From positions 1,657 to 65,656 of the forward strand of contig CAVTJX010000015.1 of NCBI GenBank assembly GCA_963735175.1: a stretch of DNA of 64,000 nt. The letters run 5' to 3'. Positions 1 to 10,039 of this stretch are shown in pieces (the first letter of the stretch is position 1; each line of letters starts with the position of its first letter). The notes below the pieces were generated by a model. That model made no database searches. It was not told the DNA's origin and was given only the letters and a program-made list of their open reading frames with translations. The position numbers and the translations under genes were made by a program. This DNA is from an uncultured bacterium. GTDB taxonomy: Bacteria; Electryoneota; RPQS01.

Positions 1-819
1 CGTCCCCGCGTTGACATAACCTGCCGCGCTCACCACTTTCACCGCCGCCTCGCCCATCCGCCGCCGCAATTCCGGCGTCGGCGCTACGAAGGGCGACTCC
101 TCGATAATCTTCTGGTGGCGGCGCTGCACCGAGCGCTCGCGTTCGCCCAAGTGGACGGCGTGGCCGTGCGCGTCACAGAAAATCTGAAACTCGATGTGCC
201 GCGGGCCAGGCGCGAGATCTTCAAGATACACCGTCGAAATCGCCGAAAGCTGAACCCGCCTCGCGCATCGCGCCTTCCACGGCCTGCTGCAATTCCGCGG
301 GATCATGCACCACGCGCATGCCCTTGCCGCCGCCCCCGGCCGCCGCTTGATCAGCACGGGGTAGCCAATGCGCTCGGCGGCTTGCGCGATCACCGCCGGA
401 TCCAGCGTGTCAAATATCGTCCCGGCGTCACCGGCACACCGGCCTGCTGCGCCAACACGCGCGATTCGATCTTATTCCCAGCAATCCCATCGCGCGCGGC
501 GGCGGTCCGATAAACACCAGCCCGGCCTCCCCCACGGCCTCGGCAAAGCGCGGGTTTTCGAGGAAGGAATCCGTAGCCGGGGTGAATCGCCTCAGCGCCC
601 GTGTCCTTTGCCGCTCGAATGATCTTTGCAATGTTCAGGTAGCTCTCGGCAGGCTGCGGCGGTCCGATACACACGGCCTCGTCGGCCAGTTCCACGTGCC
701 GCGTCCCGGCGTCCACATCGCTGTAAACGGCGACAGTGCGGATTCCCAGTTCGCGCGCCGTGCGCATCACGCGGACGGCAATTTCCCCGCGGTTGGCAAT
801 GAGAGATCTTGTGGAACAT
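1..819 (-). CDS. Biotin carboxylase (alpha) subunit of an acyl-CoA carboxylase, probably 3-methylcrotonyl-CoA carboxylase. N-terminal part only (runs off the left edge); frame broken several times
   Basis: Minus-strand fragments (ORFs 592..819, 390..770, 428..631 and the unlisted frame below 390) read MFHKI / IANRGEIAVRVMRTARELGIRTVAVYSD / HPGYGFL / ENPRFAEAVGEAGLVFIGPP / AGGGGKGMRVVHD. These are ATP-grasp biotin carboxylase signatures. Neighbours are a carboxyltransferase and a crotonase. Confidence 0.85.
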
Positions 820-829
820 CAGTGTCCGG

Positions 830-1626
830 TTATTTCAGCCACGCGGGCTTCCGCTTTTCCAGAAATGCCGCCATGCCTTCCCGTCCCTCCGCAGAAGACT
901 CGCTGCTCCGCAATCCGCCGCGTCGTCAGTTCGCGCGCTTCGTCAAGCGGCAGCGCCATCACTTCGTCCACCAGCCGCTTCGCGTTCCGTACGGCCTGCG
1001 GACTGTTCTTCAGCAGCGCCTCCGTGTACTCCACCACCGCGTCGTCCAGCGCGTCCGCCCGCGCCACGCAACTGGCGAAACCGATTTCATACGCGCGCCG
1101 GGCTCCCAGCGGCATCGCCGTTAAAAACAATTCGCGCGCGCGGCCCACGCCGATCTTGCGGATCACGAACGGCGAGATCATCGCCGGGATCAGTCCGATG
1201 CGCACCTCGCTGCAAGCCAGCGCCGCGTTTTCTTCCATCACTACGATATCGCAGCAGGCCACCAGCCCTGCGCCGCCGCCAAAAGCGTTCCCTTGCACCC
1301 GCGCGATCGTCGGACAGGGAAAGCTGTACAGCGTTTGCGAAAGGTCGAATGCCTTGTGCGCGTCGCGCAGGTTTTCCTCGGGTGACGCGCTCTGCTGGCT
1401 CTGCATCCAGTGAAAGTCCGCGCCTGCGCAAAAGGTTTCGCCGTCCGCCGTCAGCACCAGCACGCGCACGGTCTCGCGTTGCGCCAACTCCGTCAGCGCC
1501 GCCGTCGAGTTCGGCGATCAGTTCGGCGTTCAGCGCATTGCGCACCTCGGGCCGCGCCAGCGTCACCACCGGCAGTTCCGGCGGCCCGCTGATACGCACG
1601 TAGCGGCGGGTTTCAGTAGTCTCCAT
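830..1626 (-). CDS. Enoyl-CoA hydratase/isomerase family protein (methylglutaconyl-CoA hydratase-like); at least two frame changes
   Basis: ORF 1087..1626 starts METTETRRYVRISGPPELPVVTLARPEVRNALN. ORF 819..1487 carries FCAGADF and GNAFGGGAGLVACCDI (crotonase fold). The C-terminus EGMAAFLEKRKPAWLK* is recovered in a third frame ending at TAA 830..832. Confidence 0.85.
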
Positions 1627-2084
1627 CGAAGCGTCACCCGTCGGCGCGCGTGTTGCATCAGCGCATTCTGCAGGCGTTCCGGCTCGCGGCTGCCGATCAG
1701 GTACGTGGTGTTACCGGCGCGCACTTTAACGCCGCGTCCCAGATGCGCGTTGTACACCCACATGCCGCCAATGCCGTGAATCCCGATGCCGTACCAGAAT
1801 TTTATCGTTTCGATTTCGCCCACCGCCACTTCGGTCAGCGCCAAACGCTTCCGCCAGAAGGGAAAACCAAACCGCAATTCGGATACGGTAACAATGGTTA
1901 TCATCCGCGAAAACCCGAACGCCGCCAACAACCCGGCAAGCGGCGTGATCGACAAGCCGATCACGTCGGATTGGCGCAGCTCTTTCTGTTGAAGCGTGCC
2001 GACGAACGCGACAGCCACCGCGAGCAGTATCAGTAACGGAACCCAGCGAATCGCCTGCCGCTCTTCAAAAACGGGAGTGTCCAT
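1563..2084 (-). CDS. Small membrane protein of unknown function embedded in the carboxylase cluster
   Basis: ATG at 2084 (MDTPVFEERQ...) inside ORF 1563..2237. Two hydrophobic helices (VPLLILLAVAVAFVG, ITPLAGLLAAFGF). The 3' end overlaps the hydratase start by ~60 nt, so the true stop may be earlier. Confidence 0.4.
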   Translation of the reverse strand: MDTPVFEERQAIRWVPLLILLAVAVAFVGTLQQKELRQSDVIGLSITPLAGLLAAFGFSRMITIVTVSELRFGFPFWRKRLALTEVAVGEIETIKFWYGIGIHGIGGMWVYNAHLGRGVKVRAGNTTYLIGSREPERLQNALMQHARRRVTLRWRLLKPAATCVSAGRRNCRW

Positions 2085-2088
2085 GGCG

Positions 2089-3696
2089 TTACATCCGGTA
2101 AACACCGGGCCGGTAATCCGGCACGGGGCGATTGGCCGCCATCGCGATTCCCAATGCGATCGCCTGCCGCGTATCAACGGGATCGAGAATGCCGTCATCC
2201 CACATCCGTGCCGTGGAAAAATACGGGCTGCCTTCATGCTCGTATTTTTCCAGCACCGGCTGGCGGATCGCGTCGGCCTCGGCGGCGGAGAGTTCCTTCC
2301 CCTGCGCGCGGAGCTGCTCTTCCTTCACCTGCACCAGCACGCCCGACGCCTGCTCGCCGCCCATCACGCTGATGCGCGCGTTCGGCCACATCCACAGCAG
2401 GCGCGGCGAATAGCCCCGGCCGCACATCGCGTAGTTGCCCGCGCCGTAGGAACCGCCCACTACCGCCGTGAACTTTGGCACGTCGGCGCAGGCCACGGCG
2501 TGTACCATCTTCGCGCCGTCGCTGGCGATCGCCCCATGCTCGTACTGCTTGCCGACGATGAAGCCGGTGATGTTCTGCAAAAAGACAGCGGGACCTTGCG
2601 CGTGGCGCAAAGTTCGATGAAATGCGCGCCTTTCTTGGCCGACTCGCCGAAGAGCACGCCGTTGTTGCCGATGATCCCCACCAGGTAGCCGTGAATCCGC
2701 GCAAAGCCGCACACCAGCGTCACGCCGTAGCGCGCCTTGAATTCCTGAAAGCGCGACCCGTCCACCATCCGCGCGATCACCTCGCGCACGTCGTAGGGCT
2801 CGCGCAGATTCGCCGGCACTACGCCGTACAGTTCCGCCGGATCGTACGCCGGATCTTCCGGCGCTTCGCGATCGAATTCATGTTTCGGCTCGTGCCCAGC
2901 GCCTCGACGATCGAACGCGTGATCGCCAGCGCGTGCTCGTCGTTGTTGGCGAAGTGGTCGGCCACGCCCGAAATTCGCGTGTGCACGTCCGCCCCGCCCA
3001 ATTCCTCGGCGGTCACTTCTACCCCCGTTGCGGCCTTCACCAGCGGTGGCCCGCCGATGAAGATCGTGCCTACGCCCTTTACGATCACCGTTTCGTCCGA
3101 CATCGCCGGCACGTACGCCCCGCCCGCCGTGCAGCTCCCCATCACCACCGCGATCTGCGGCAGCCGCTCGGCGCTGAGCCGCGCCTGATTATAGAATATG
3201 CGTCCGAAATGCTCCTTGTCCGGAAACGTCCCGGCCTGTTCCGGCAGAAGATCCCGCCCGAATCCACGAGGTAGATGCAGGGCAGGCGATTCTCCATGGC
3301 AATCTCCTGCGCGCGCAGGTGCTTCTTGATTGTCATCGGAAAATATGTGCCACCCTTCACCGTCGCGTCATTAGCCACCACCAGCACCTCGCGCCCATGC
3401 ACGACGCCGACGCCGGTCACCATTCCCGCCGACGGCGCCTCGCCGCCGTACATGCCGTGCGCGGCCAAGGGCGAGAACTCGAGAAACGGCGTATCAGGAT
3501 CGAACAGCTTCTCCAGCCGCTGCCGTACCGGCAGTTTGCCGCGCTCGATATGCCGCTCGATCGCCTGCCGCGGACCGCCCGCCGGATCCAAACCGCTCAG
3601 GTGCCCGCGCAGACCATCCACGAGCGCCCGCATCGCCTGGGCGTTAGCTTGAAATTCCGGATCCGCTGGCCGGATGCTCGATTGAATTTTCTGCAC
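2089..3696 (-). CDS. Acyl-CoA carboxylase carboxyltransferase (beta) subunit, methylcrotonyl-CoA carboxylase type; at least three frame changes
   Basis: The chain of ORFs 3142..3696, 2819..3148, 2460..2819 and 2089..2712 reads continuously as a carboxyltransferase: [97 protein letters not shown]. Confidence 0.9.
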
Positions 3697-3732
3697 GAAC
3701 CCTCAGAATAGGTGAGGAGAATGGTGATTCGA

Positions 3733-4598
3733 CTATTGTCCGCGCGGTGGCGGCGGCACATAGAATCGCGGTCGCGCGTCGCTGCCGTGGTCGGTCAGCG
3801 TCAGCGCCTTATCGCCGTATCCCAGGCGTACGAGGCCCAATGGCTTCACGTCCGCGTTACGATACAGGATGACTTCCGCGCCGCCTGCGCCGGAGCCGCG
3901 GAATTTATCTGTGTCAAAAGTTCCGAAATAAATGTCCAAAGATTCGGTGCCCGCCTCCGCGGGACGGTCCACCGCGTCGTAATCCACTTGCTCCGTCCCC
4001 GCCTCAAGCTCCAACGTCTGCAATTCGCCCCGGTCGACCCGGTACAGTGCGCGAAAAATCTTGGTTCCTTCTGCGCTCGTCCCAACGGTCAGGTCGTACT
4101 CAATAATCTCCGGATCGCTCTCCATCGTCTCGTAGAACATCTGCAGCCACTCGGCGTCCTTGCCAAGCCATTCCGTCGGTCCCAGGTAGTAAACGCCCAT
4201 CCGCGCCAGCACCGGCCCGTACGACCCCACGGCCTCATCCCAGGCCGTAAGTTGGTAGCGCGTGTACGCGCCGATGTGCATCGCGTCCAGCCTGCCGCGA
4301 TACACAAGCCGGCGCATCCACTGGTGCGCCTGCGCGATCAAGACCTTTGGATTCGCCGCCTCCGACGCTTCTTCCGCCGCCGGGGATCGACGCAGTTTCT
4401 GCAGCGAATCAGCGGCTTCGGCATTCGTCAATTCCGCGCTGAGTCCGCCGCCTGCGCGGTCGAATCGCCCGTCACCGCATTTGACGAATCGACGATATCT
4501 TCCTTGCCAAGCAGAAAATCATACTGTGCGAAAGCCGCCGGTATCGCGAAACCCAACACGAAGACGAGCAGCGCGGCCAGTGAGCAAATCCGCTTCAT
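3733..4598 (-). CDS. Secreted hypothetical protein; one frame change near 4430
   Basis: ATG at 4598 gives the signal peptide MKRICSLAALLVFVLGFAIPAAFAQ (ORF 4428..4652). It continues in ORF 3733..4431. No family recognised. Confidence 0.55.
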
Positions 4599-4615
4599 GA
4601 TGAAAAGTTCCTTCC

Positions 4616-5407
4616 TTACCAAACCGATTGCACCCGGCCGCCGTCGATACACAACGTCTGCCCGGTGATGTACGAGGCGCGCGGTGAAAGCAGAAACGCG
4701 CAGAACGCCGGAAACTCGTCAATCGACCCCAGCCGCTTCATGGGTATCTCTTCCTCGGACGCGGCCCGCACTTCGGCGATGCTCTTTCCCGTGCGCGCCG
4801 CCAGCGCGGCGTCCAGTTCCTGCGTGCGTTCGGTCAGAATTCGTCCCGGCGCCACATTATTGACGCGCACGTTCTTGTCGGCGACTTCATTCGCCAAGTA
4901 GCGCAGGTAGCCCACGACCGCAGGCCGCAGCGCGTTCGAGGTCGTCAAATTGACAATCGGCTGTTTCACCGTCGTCGAGGTGATCGCCAGCACGGATCCG
5001 CCGCCCTGCATGATCATCTGCGGCACGATCAACCGGCACAGCCGTACGACCGAGAGAAACACCGATTCAAACGCCCCCTGCCATTTCTCGTCCGTAATCG
5101 CCAGCGGCGGCCCGGCTGGCGGCCCGCCTGCGTTGGTCACAAATCCATCGAGCTTGCCGAAGGCAGAATACGTTTCGCGCACGAGTTCCGTAATGTCCTC
5201 CGCGCGCGTCAGGTCCGCTACCGATGTCTGGAAATTTTCCAATTGCTCGGCCCACAGCCGTTCCGCCGCGTCCGCCAGATTCTTCGCACTCGAACTCGCG
5301 AGCATCACTCGCGCGCCCTCGCGCAGCAATTCCCGCGCGATGGAAAAGCCCAGTCCCTTCGAAGCCGCGGTGACAAGGTAGCTCCGTCCCTTAAGTTCGA
5401 GATTCAA
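4616..5407 (-). CDS. Short-chain dehydrogenase/reductase (SDR) family oxidoreductase
   Basis: Intact 263-aa ORF with the N-terminal Rossmann motif VTAASKGLGFSIA and NVRVNNVAPGRILT, typical of 3-oxoacyl-ACP-reductase-like SDRs. Confidence 0.85.
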   Translation of the reverse strand: MNLELKGRSYLVTAASKGLGFSIARELLREGARVMLASSSAKNLADAAERLWAEQLENFQTSVADLTRAEDITELVRETYSAFGKLDGFVTNAGGPPAGPPLAITDEKWQGAFESVFLSVVRLCRLIVPQMIMQGGGSVLAITSTTVKQPIVNLTTSNALRPAVVGYLRYLANEVADKNVRVNNVAPGRILTERTQELDAALAARTGKSIAEVRAASEEEIPMKRLGSIDEFPAFCAFLLSPRASYITGQTLCIDGGRVQSVW

Positions 5408-5895
5408 AACGTCGCCTTCGTGGTGACTTTGATCAGCATAGCGCTCGGCTTCCCGGCCTGCACCGTCACGGCGCCTTGAATGCCTTCGCCGTTCCAGCCG
5501 TTGAAATACCAGGAGCTGTCTTCTTCAACGAACACGCTGTACACTCCCGGCCGCACCGGCAGGAAAAACCGGCCGCTGGAATCCGTTACGGTCTCCGCGA
5601 TCATCCGCGTCGGCACACTGTCGCGCCGCGCGCTCGCCAGACCGCCCGCTGTCGTCACAGGTTCATAGGCCCGCACACGCCGCTGGGCGCCGGGCAAAAT
5701 TTTGCCGCGTGGGTGCTGCGGATCCACCGGTGGCATGAAGTTGCCTTCCCAAATCTCCACCGTGCCGTGAATTCCTTCCGCCGTGGTATCGATCACCGTC
5801 GCCGGATTCGAGATCGTCGCCGTGTGCCGTTCCGGCGCCTCCTTGCGCCCCATGCCCAGCGCCAGCGCCGCCACCGCCAACAGCATCACGGGCAA
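5404..5895 (-). CDS. Secreted protein with a carboxypeptidase-regulatory-like (Ig-like beta-sandwich) domain
   Basis: 163-aa ORF with a hydrophobic N-terminus (VMLLAVAALALG) and the motif TDSSGRFFLPVRPGVYSVFV. The true start may be the ATG at 5917 with a frame slip. Confidence 0.5.
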   Translation of the reverse strand: MPVMLLAVAALALGMGRKEAPERHTATISNPATVIDTTAEGIHGTVEIWEGNFMPPVDPQHPRGKILPGAQRRVRAYEPVTTAGGLASARRDSVPTRMIAETVTDSSGRFFLPVRPGVYSVFVEEDSSWYFNGWNGEGIQGAVTVQAGKPSAMLIKVTTKATF

Positions 5896-5913
5896 CCAAA
5901 ATTTGCGAAGTCG

Positions 5914-7615
5914 TCATCGCAGATCCTTTATTCGCAGTTGCACGGACTTGCGGCCGTTGTACTCGTTCTCCTCCACCGCGTAGACCATCTCAAAGGGCCG
6001 TCCGCCATGTGCCAGGCGGTTGATGTGCTGGCCCAAATTAAAGCCAATGGCCTCAAAGCTCACGCCCCCCTGCCCCGCGCGGAATTTCAAGTGGTTTGAG
6101 CCCACAATGCGTGGCACGTCCATTACGTCCAGCCCGCGCGAGAAAAAGTTCGGCCGGTTGTTCTTCGGCCCGAAGGGCGCGAACCGCTTCAGCAAGGCCA
6201 CCACGTCCGGCGTGATCTTGTCGAGTGAGATCTCGCTCTCGATCTTGATCTTCGGGATCAGATCTTCCTCGGGAATCATCTCCTGGCAGACGGCTTCAAA
6301 GCGCCGCTTGAATTCGGGAATGTTTTCCGCGGCAATGGTTAATCCCGCCGCGTATTTATGCCCGCCAAATTGCAACAGCAGATCCTGACAGGCGCGCAAC
6401 GCCTGGTAGATGTCGAACTTCGCGATCGCCCGTGCCGAACCTTTGCCCTGGCCGTTCTCGATGGTGATCATCACCGTCGGGCGGTAGTAGCGCTCGATCA
6501 GCCGCGAGGCCACGATTCCGATCACACCCGGATGCCAGCCCTCGCGCGACAACACGATCGAGCGTGCCGCCGAAGGATGGATCGCCGCGCTCTCGATTTC
6601 GGCCACGGCTTCTTCCAGCGTCGTGTTGTCAATGTCTTTGCGGCGCCGGTTTTCGTCCTCCAACACCATCGCGATTTCGCGCGAAGATTGCCGGTCGCGC
6701 GTCGTCAGCAGCCGCACGGCGCGTAGCGCGCTGCCCAGCCGGCCCACGGCGTTGATGCGCGGCGCGATGCCGAAGACGATATCGCCGACTTCGATCTTTC
6801 CCGCCTTGATGCAGGCGGTTTCGATCAGCGACGCCAGGCCCACCTCAGGCAGATTGTTGATTTTCTCGAGGCCTAGCTTCACGAACACGCGATTTTCATC
6901 CACCAGCGGCACGATGTCCGCCGCGCTGCCCAGGGCCACGAGGTCGAGATACTTTTCCGTGTACTCGGGCTCGAGCTTCAGCTTCTGGATGATCCCCTGC
7001 GCAATCTTGTAAGCCACGCCCACGCCCGAGAAGTTCCTTGAACGGATAGCCGCAGCCCTCGCGCTTGGGATCGCACACCGCCACGGCCACGGGAATCGCG
7101 TCCCCCGGTTCGTGGTGATCGGAGATAATCAGATCGATGCCCAGCGATGTGGCGATCTGGGATTCGCGGATCGAGGTGATGCCGCAATCCACGCTGACGA
7201 TTAAGCTCGCCCCGCCGCGCTGCAGTTCCAGAATTCCGGTCTCGGAAATCCCGTAGCCCTCATTCTGCCGGTCCGGAATGTACGGAACGACGTCGCCGCC
7301 GAGGTCTTTGAGAAACAAGTAAAGCATGGACGCCGAGGTGATCCCATCGACGTCGTAGTCGCCGTAGATGGCAATCCGCTCGCGCTTTTCCAGTGCGCCG
7401 ACGATCCGGTCCACCGCCTTGTCCATATCGAGCATCAGAAACGGGTCGTACAGATGGGCCGCTGTCGGATTAAAGAAGCGTTCCACCTGCTCCTTCGTGT
7501 CGATGCCGCGATTGATCAGGATACGGGCGATGGTATAGGGGATGGCGGTCTCTTGGCTTAGCTTCTCAATCTCCTCATGGGGCCGGCTGTCCACCAGTTC
7601 CCATTTTGATTGCAT
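5914..7615 (-). CDS. recJ: Single-stranded-DNA-specific exonuclease RecJ; one frame change near 7030
   Basis: ORF 6896..7615 has IAIYGDYDVDGITS and LIISDHHEPG (DHH motifs). ORF 5914..7023 has GVAYKIAQ, GGHKYAAG (DHHA1) and the C-terminal OB-like region. Confidence 0.92.
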
Positions 7616-7709
7616 GATTGGTCCTGTTTATTTCGTAACACAAAAATCTCCTTGAGTGGACTTCGCCGCAACAGCTCCCTGAGCCGGCGCGAAACCGAAT
7701 AAATCTCAT

Positions 7710-7733
7710 GTAGGGACACGGCTTGCCGTGTCC
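7710..7733 (+). repeat. REP-like element: GTAGGG head plus hairpin (GTAGGGACACGGCTTGCCGTGTCC)
   Basis: Perfect 6-bp stem ACACGG/CCGTGT after a GTAG head. A second copy lies 56 nt downstream in the same orientation. Confidence 0.75.
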
Positions 7734-7765
7734 TCTGTCGCCAACCAACCTTTGATTGATCTCTT

Positions 7766-7789
7766 GTAGGGACATGGCACGCCATGTCC
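7766..7789 (+). repeat. REP-like element: GTAGGG head plus hairpin (GTAGGGACATGGCACGCCATGTCC)
   Basis: Same architecture as 7710..7733, with stem ACATGG/CCATGT. Confidence 0.75.
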
Positions 7790-7822
7790 TCTTGTATTCA
7801 TCGGTGAAGCAAAACCGCCCTC

Positions 7823-7850
7823 TTCACTTCATCCTTCTTACTTCTCTTCG
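7823..7850. repeat. Tandem heptamer array (TTCACTT CATCCTT CTTACTT CTCTTCG) overlapping the stop codon of the 7838..8875 gene
   Basis: 7-nt periodicity read directly. Same CATCCTT unit as at 8873..8900 and in the rnpB P12 helix. Confidence 0.6.
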
Positions 7851-8875
7851 ACCCGCCCGTCCAGCAGATACCACGTCGCCCCACGCTGGGCATAAGCCCG
7901 GAAATACTGCGGGCGGACGATTGGATTCAAATGCGAAACGCCGCAGCAGTAGTCATGAATGATCTGCTGATAGCCCTCGTCGAACTCGTTGCCATTAAAA
8001 TACCAGCCGCAGCGCCCTTCGCGGCAAAAGAAATAGAACGGTTTCCCCGCGAGGATCTGGAAATCGAAACACCCCTCGTATCCCCGTTCGCGCTGCAAAT
8101 CCACGCCGTTCACAATCGCATGATGCCCACTGTTGCCGATGTACTCGACAACTGTACTGTCTCCCCAGGCAAACGCCGTTACCAGATCCGGCGGCTCGTC
8201 GCTCGAGGTCGTGAACCGCTGCACCACGGAATCGTTGCGCGCCAGTGTATAATACCGGTCCCACGTTTTCACCACGCGCGCATAGGCTGAATCGGCAATC
8301 GCCAGCGAATCCTTCAAATGCTGCCACGACTCGCGCGGATTGTTAAAATCCCAACGATCGCGCAAGCTGCCAGTCTGCGTCAGTATCCAGCGCGCGCCGT
8401 CACTCGTGCGCACGGTCCAGACTTTCTGCGGTGCGACGGCCACCAGATTGAAGAACACCCGCCCGTCGCCGTCGGCATTGCGCGAGGTATCGAGCAGTGC
8501 ATTGCGCGCCGTCGCGTCCTCTTCCGCCCGCCGGTTCACTTCCACCGTCACTATCGCCGCCTCGGCGGAATCGGGAATCTGCCGGTGTTCCACCATCCGC
8601 TCGCGCATAGATTTTCGCGCGTTCTTCGGGTCTTGTATCTGGTTCGTCCGCCAGTCCCGCGGCGGCGGGGTATAAGCCAACACTGTCGAGTCCGGCCATT
8701 TCACGAGGCCGTTAGCCACCTGCACGGAATCCGCCAGCGGCAGAAAGATCGCGTCCCGGTGGGGTATGAGATTCGGATCGGTCGCAATCTCGAAACTGCG
8801 CACCACCAGCCGCGGCTCATCTGCCAAGGCTGCGTGTGCCATCAGGCACAGTACAAAGGCAATGACGACTTTCAT
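7838..8875 (-). CDS. Secreted hypothetical protein (345 aa, intact)
   Basis: Signal peptide MKVVIAFVLCLMAHAALA. The Cys-rich C-terminal part reads CFDFQ...FFCREGRCGWYFNGNEF...DYCCG. No family recognised. Confidence 0.6.
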   Translation of the reverse strand: MKVVIAFVLCLMAHAALADEPRLVVRSFEIATDPNLIPHRDAIFLPLADSVQVANGLVKWPDSTVLAYTPPPRDWRTNQIQDPKNARKSMRERMVEHRQIPDSAEAAIVTVEVNRRAEEDATARNALLDTSRNADGDGRVFFNLVAVAPQKVWTVRTSDGARWILTQTGSLRDRWDFNNPRESWQHLKDSLAIADSAYARVVKTWDRYYTLARNDSVVQRFTTSSDEPPDLVTAFAWGDSTVVEYIGNSGHHAIVNGVDLQRERGYEGCFDFQILAGKPFYFFCREGRCGWYFNGNEFDEGYQQIIHDYCCGVSHLNPIVRPQYFRAYAQRGATWYLLDGRVEEK

Positions 8876-8900
8876 CCTTCATCCTTCATACTTCATACTT
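8873..8900. repeat. Tandem heptamers CATCCTT CATCCTT CATACTT CATACTT (minus strand: AAGTATG AAGTATG AAGGATG AAGGATG)
   Basis: Four exact or near-exact 7-mers. The first CAT is the ATG of the 7838..8875 gene. The array fills the gap to the 3' end of rnpB. Confidence 0.8.
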
Positions 8901-8903
8901 TTC

Positions 8904-9404
8904 TTCGAGTCCGCCGGTAAGCCGAATTCTGTTCTCCTCGTCTGTGTTCGCCGAGCAGGGTCTGTGACCCTGCCGGAACGTAACACGCGTGGGAGTGACG
9001 ATCATCTATCTGGGGCGGCCATTGCTGACCACCTCGGTGCGACCTACCCGCCGCCACTTGGGCCCCGCGGGCCACGGGGACTGACGGCTTATTTGGTCTT
9101 GCTCCGGGCGGGGTTTTCCCTGCCGTTTCCATTACTGAAAACGCGGTGCGCTCTTACCGCACCATTTCACCCTTACCGGAAGAAAGGATGAAGGATAGGG
9201 ATGAAGGCGGAATAAAACTGAATCGCGCTCTGCAATTCATCCTTCATCCTTCCACCTTCATCCTTTCTTCCGGCGGTATCTTTTCTGTGGCACTATCCGT
9301 TGCGTTGCCGCACCCGGCCGTTAGCCGGCGCCCTGCCCTGTGGAGTTCGGACTTTCCTCGGCGAGGCGTTGCCGCCTCCACCGCGATCGCCTGGCGGACT
9401 CGAA
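8904..9404 (-). ncRNA. rnpB: RNase P RNA, bacterial type A, with an unusually long P12 helix
   Basis: The minus strand carries GAGGAAAGTCCGAACTCCACAGGGCAGGGCGCCGGCTAACGGCCGGG, GTGCCACAGAAAA, GGTAAGGGTGAAATGGTGCGGTAAGAGCGCACC, CCCGGAGCAAGACCAAATA and ACAGAATTCGGCTTACC. P1 pairs CGAGTCCGCC (9393..9402) with GGCGGACTCG (8906..8915). Confidence 0.93.
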
Positions 9405-9454
9405 GAAAACTATCACTAATACTTGGAATCCCTGCACGAATTATAGAACTAAAA

Positions 9455-9949
9455 TTAGCCATTGCCTTTGTAGGTGCCGACACAAAAATTGCGTCGGCTT
9501 TCGAAGAAGTGTCTATACTCAATTATTTCAGGGCGTACATTTACTACCTTCTTCCAGCCTTCGTCCCAAATTGCAGATTCCCAGTCTGGAGTGCCAACCA
9601 AATTGCTGTTATGCGGTTTCCCAAGTGTTACATGGCCAAATTCATGAACGAGATCCCAAAGGATATCTAAGCCTTTCGATGCTCTTCTACTAAAATTCAA
9701 TTCAATGTAACCACCATCGCCATTTTCATGATGTACTGTCCTTGATCTAAAAAGTTCTCTTGAATACACTTCAGTTGGTATTATATGGTAGCGCTTCGCT
9801 TGTATTTCTTCACATATGTAACGAACGCAATCTGTAAACTGTTCGAGCACTTGGTTCTCAAGAGATTCATTCTTTGCACGCGCAATGATCTCAAGAACCA
9901 TATCCGTGCAAGATTTCGAAGCCATTGTCATTTCCTTGACAACTACCAT
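9455..9949 (-). CDS. Hypothetical protein with an HExxH (HEFGH) zinc-metallopeptidase-like motif; lies in an AT-rich patch
   Basis: Intact 164-aa ORF with LDILWDLVHEFGHVTLGKPHNS. Composition is clearly AT-richer than the flanks. No family recognised beyond the motif. Confidence 0.5.
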   Translation of the reverse strand: MVVVKEMTMASKSCTDMVLEIIARAKNESLENQVLEQFTDCVRYICEEIQAKRYHIIPTEVYSRELFRSRTVHHENGDGGYIELNFSRRASKGLDILWDLVHEFGHVTLGKPHNSNLVGTPDWESAIWDEGWKKVVNVRPEIIEYRHFFESRRNFCVGTYKGNG

Positions 9950-10039
9950 TCCAAAATGCTGTTGTCGATTTCCTGACGGGCAAGGGCGCCGTTGCGATTC
10001 AAGATCGTCACAATGGCGACTTGCAGCCCTTATTACTTC

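Noticed and set aside
7558-7785. Short ORFs 7558..7785 and 7575..7775 in the recJ upstream gap
   Set aside because: They are translations of the two REP hairpins and the spacer. There is no start context and no homology.
8766-9670. ORFs 8766..9191, 9146..9670 and 9244..9522 across the rnpB region
   Set aside because: They overlap a confidently identified RNase P RNA. Their translations are repeat-derived low-complexity sequence.
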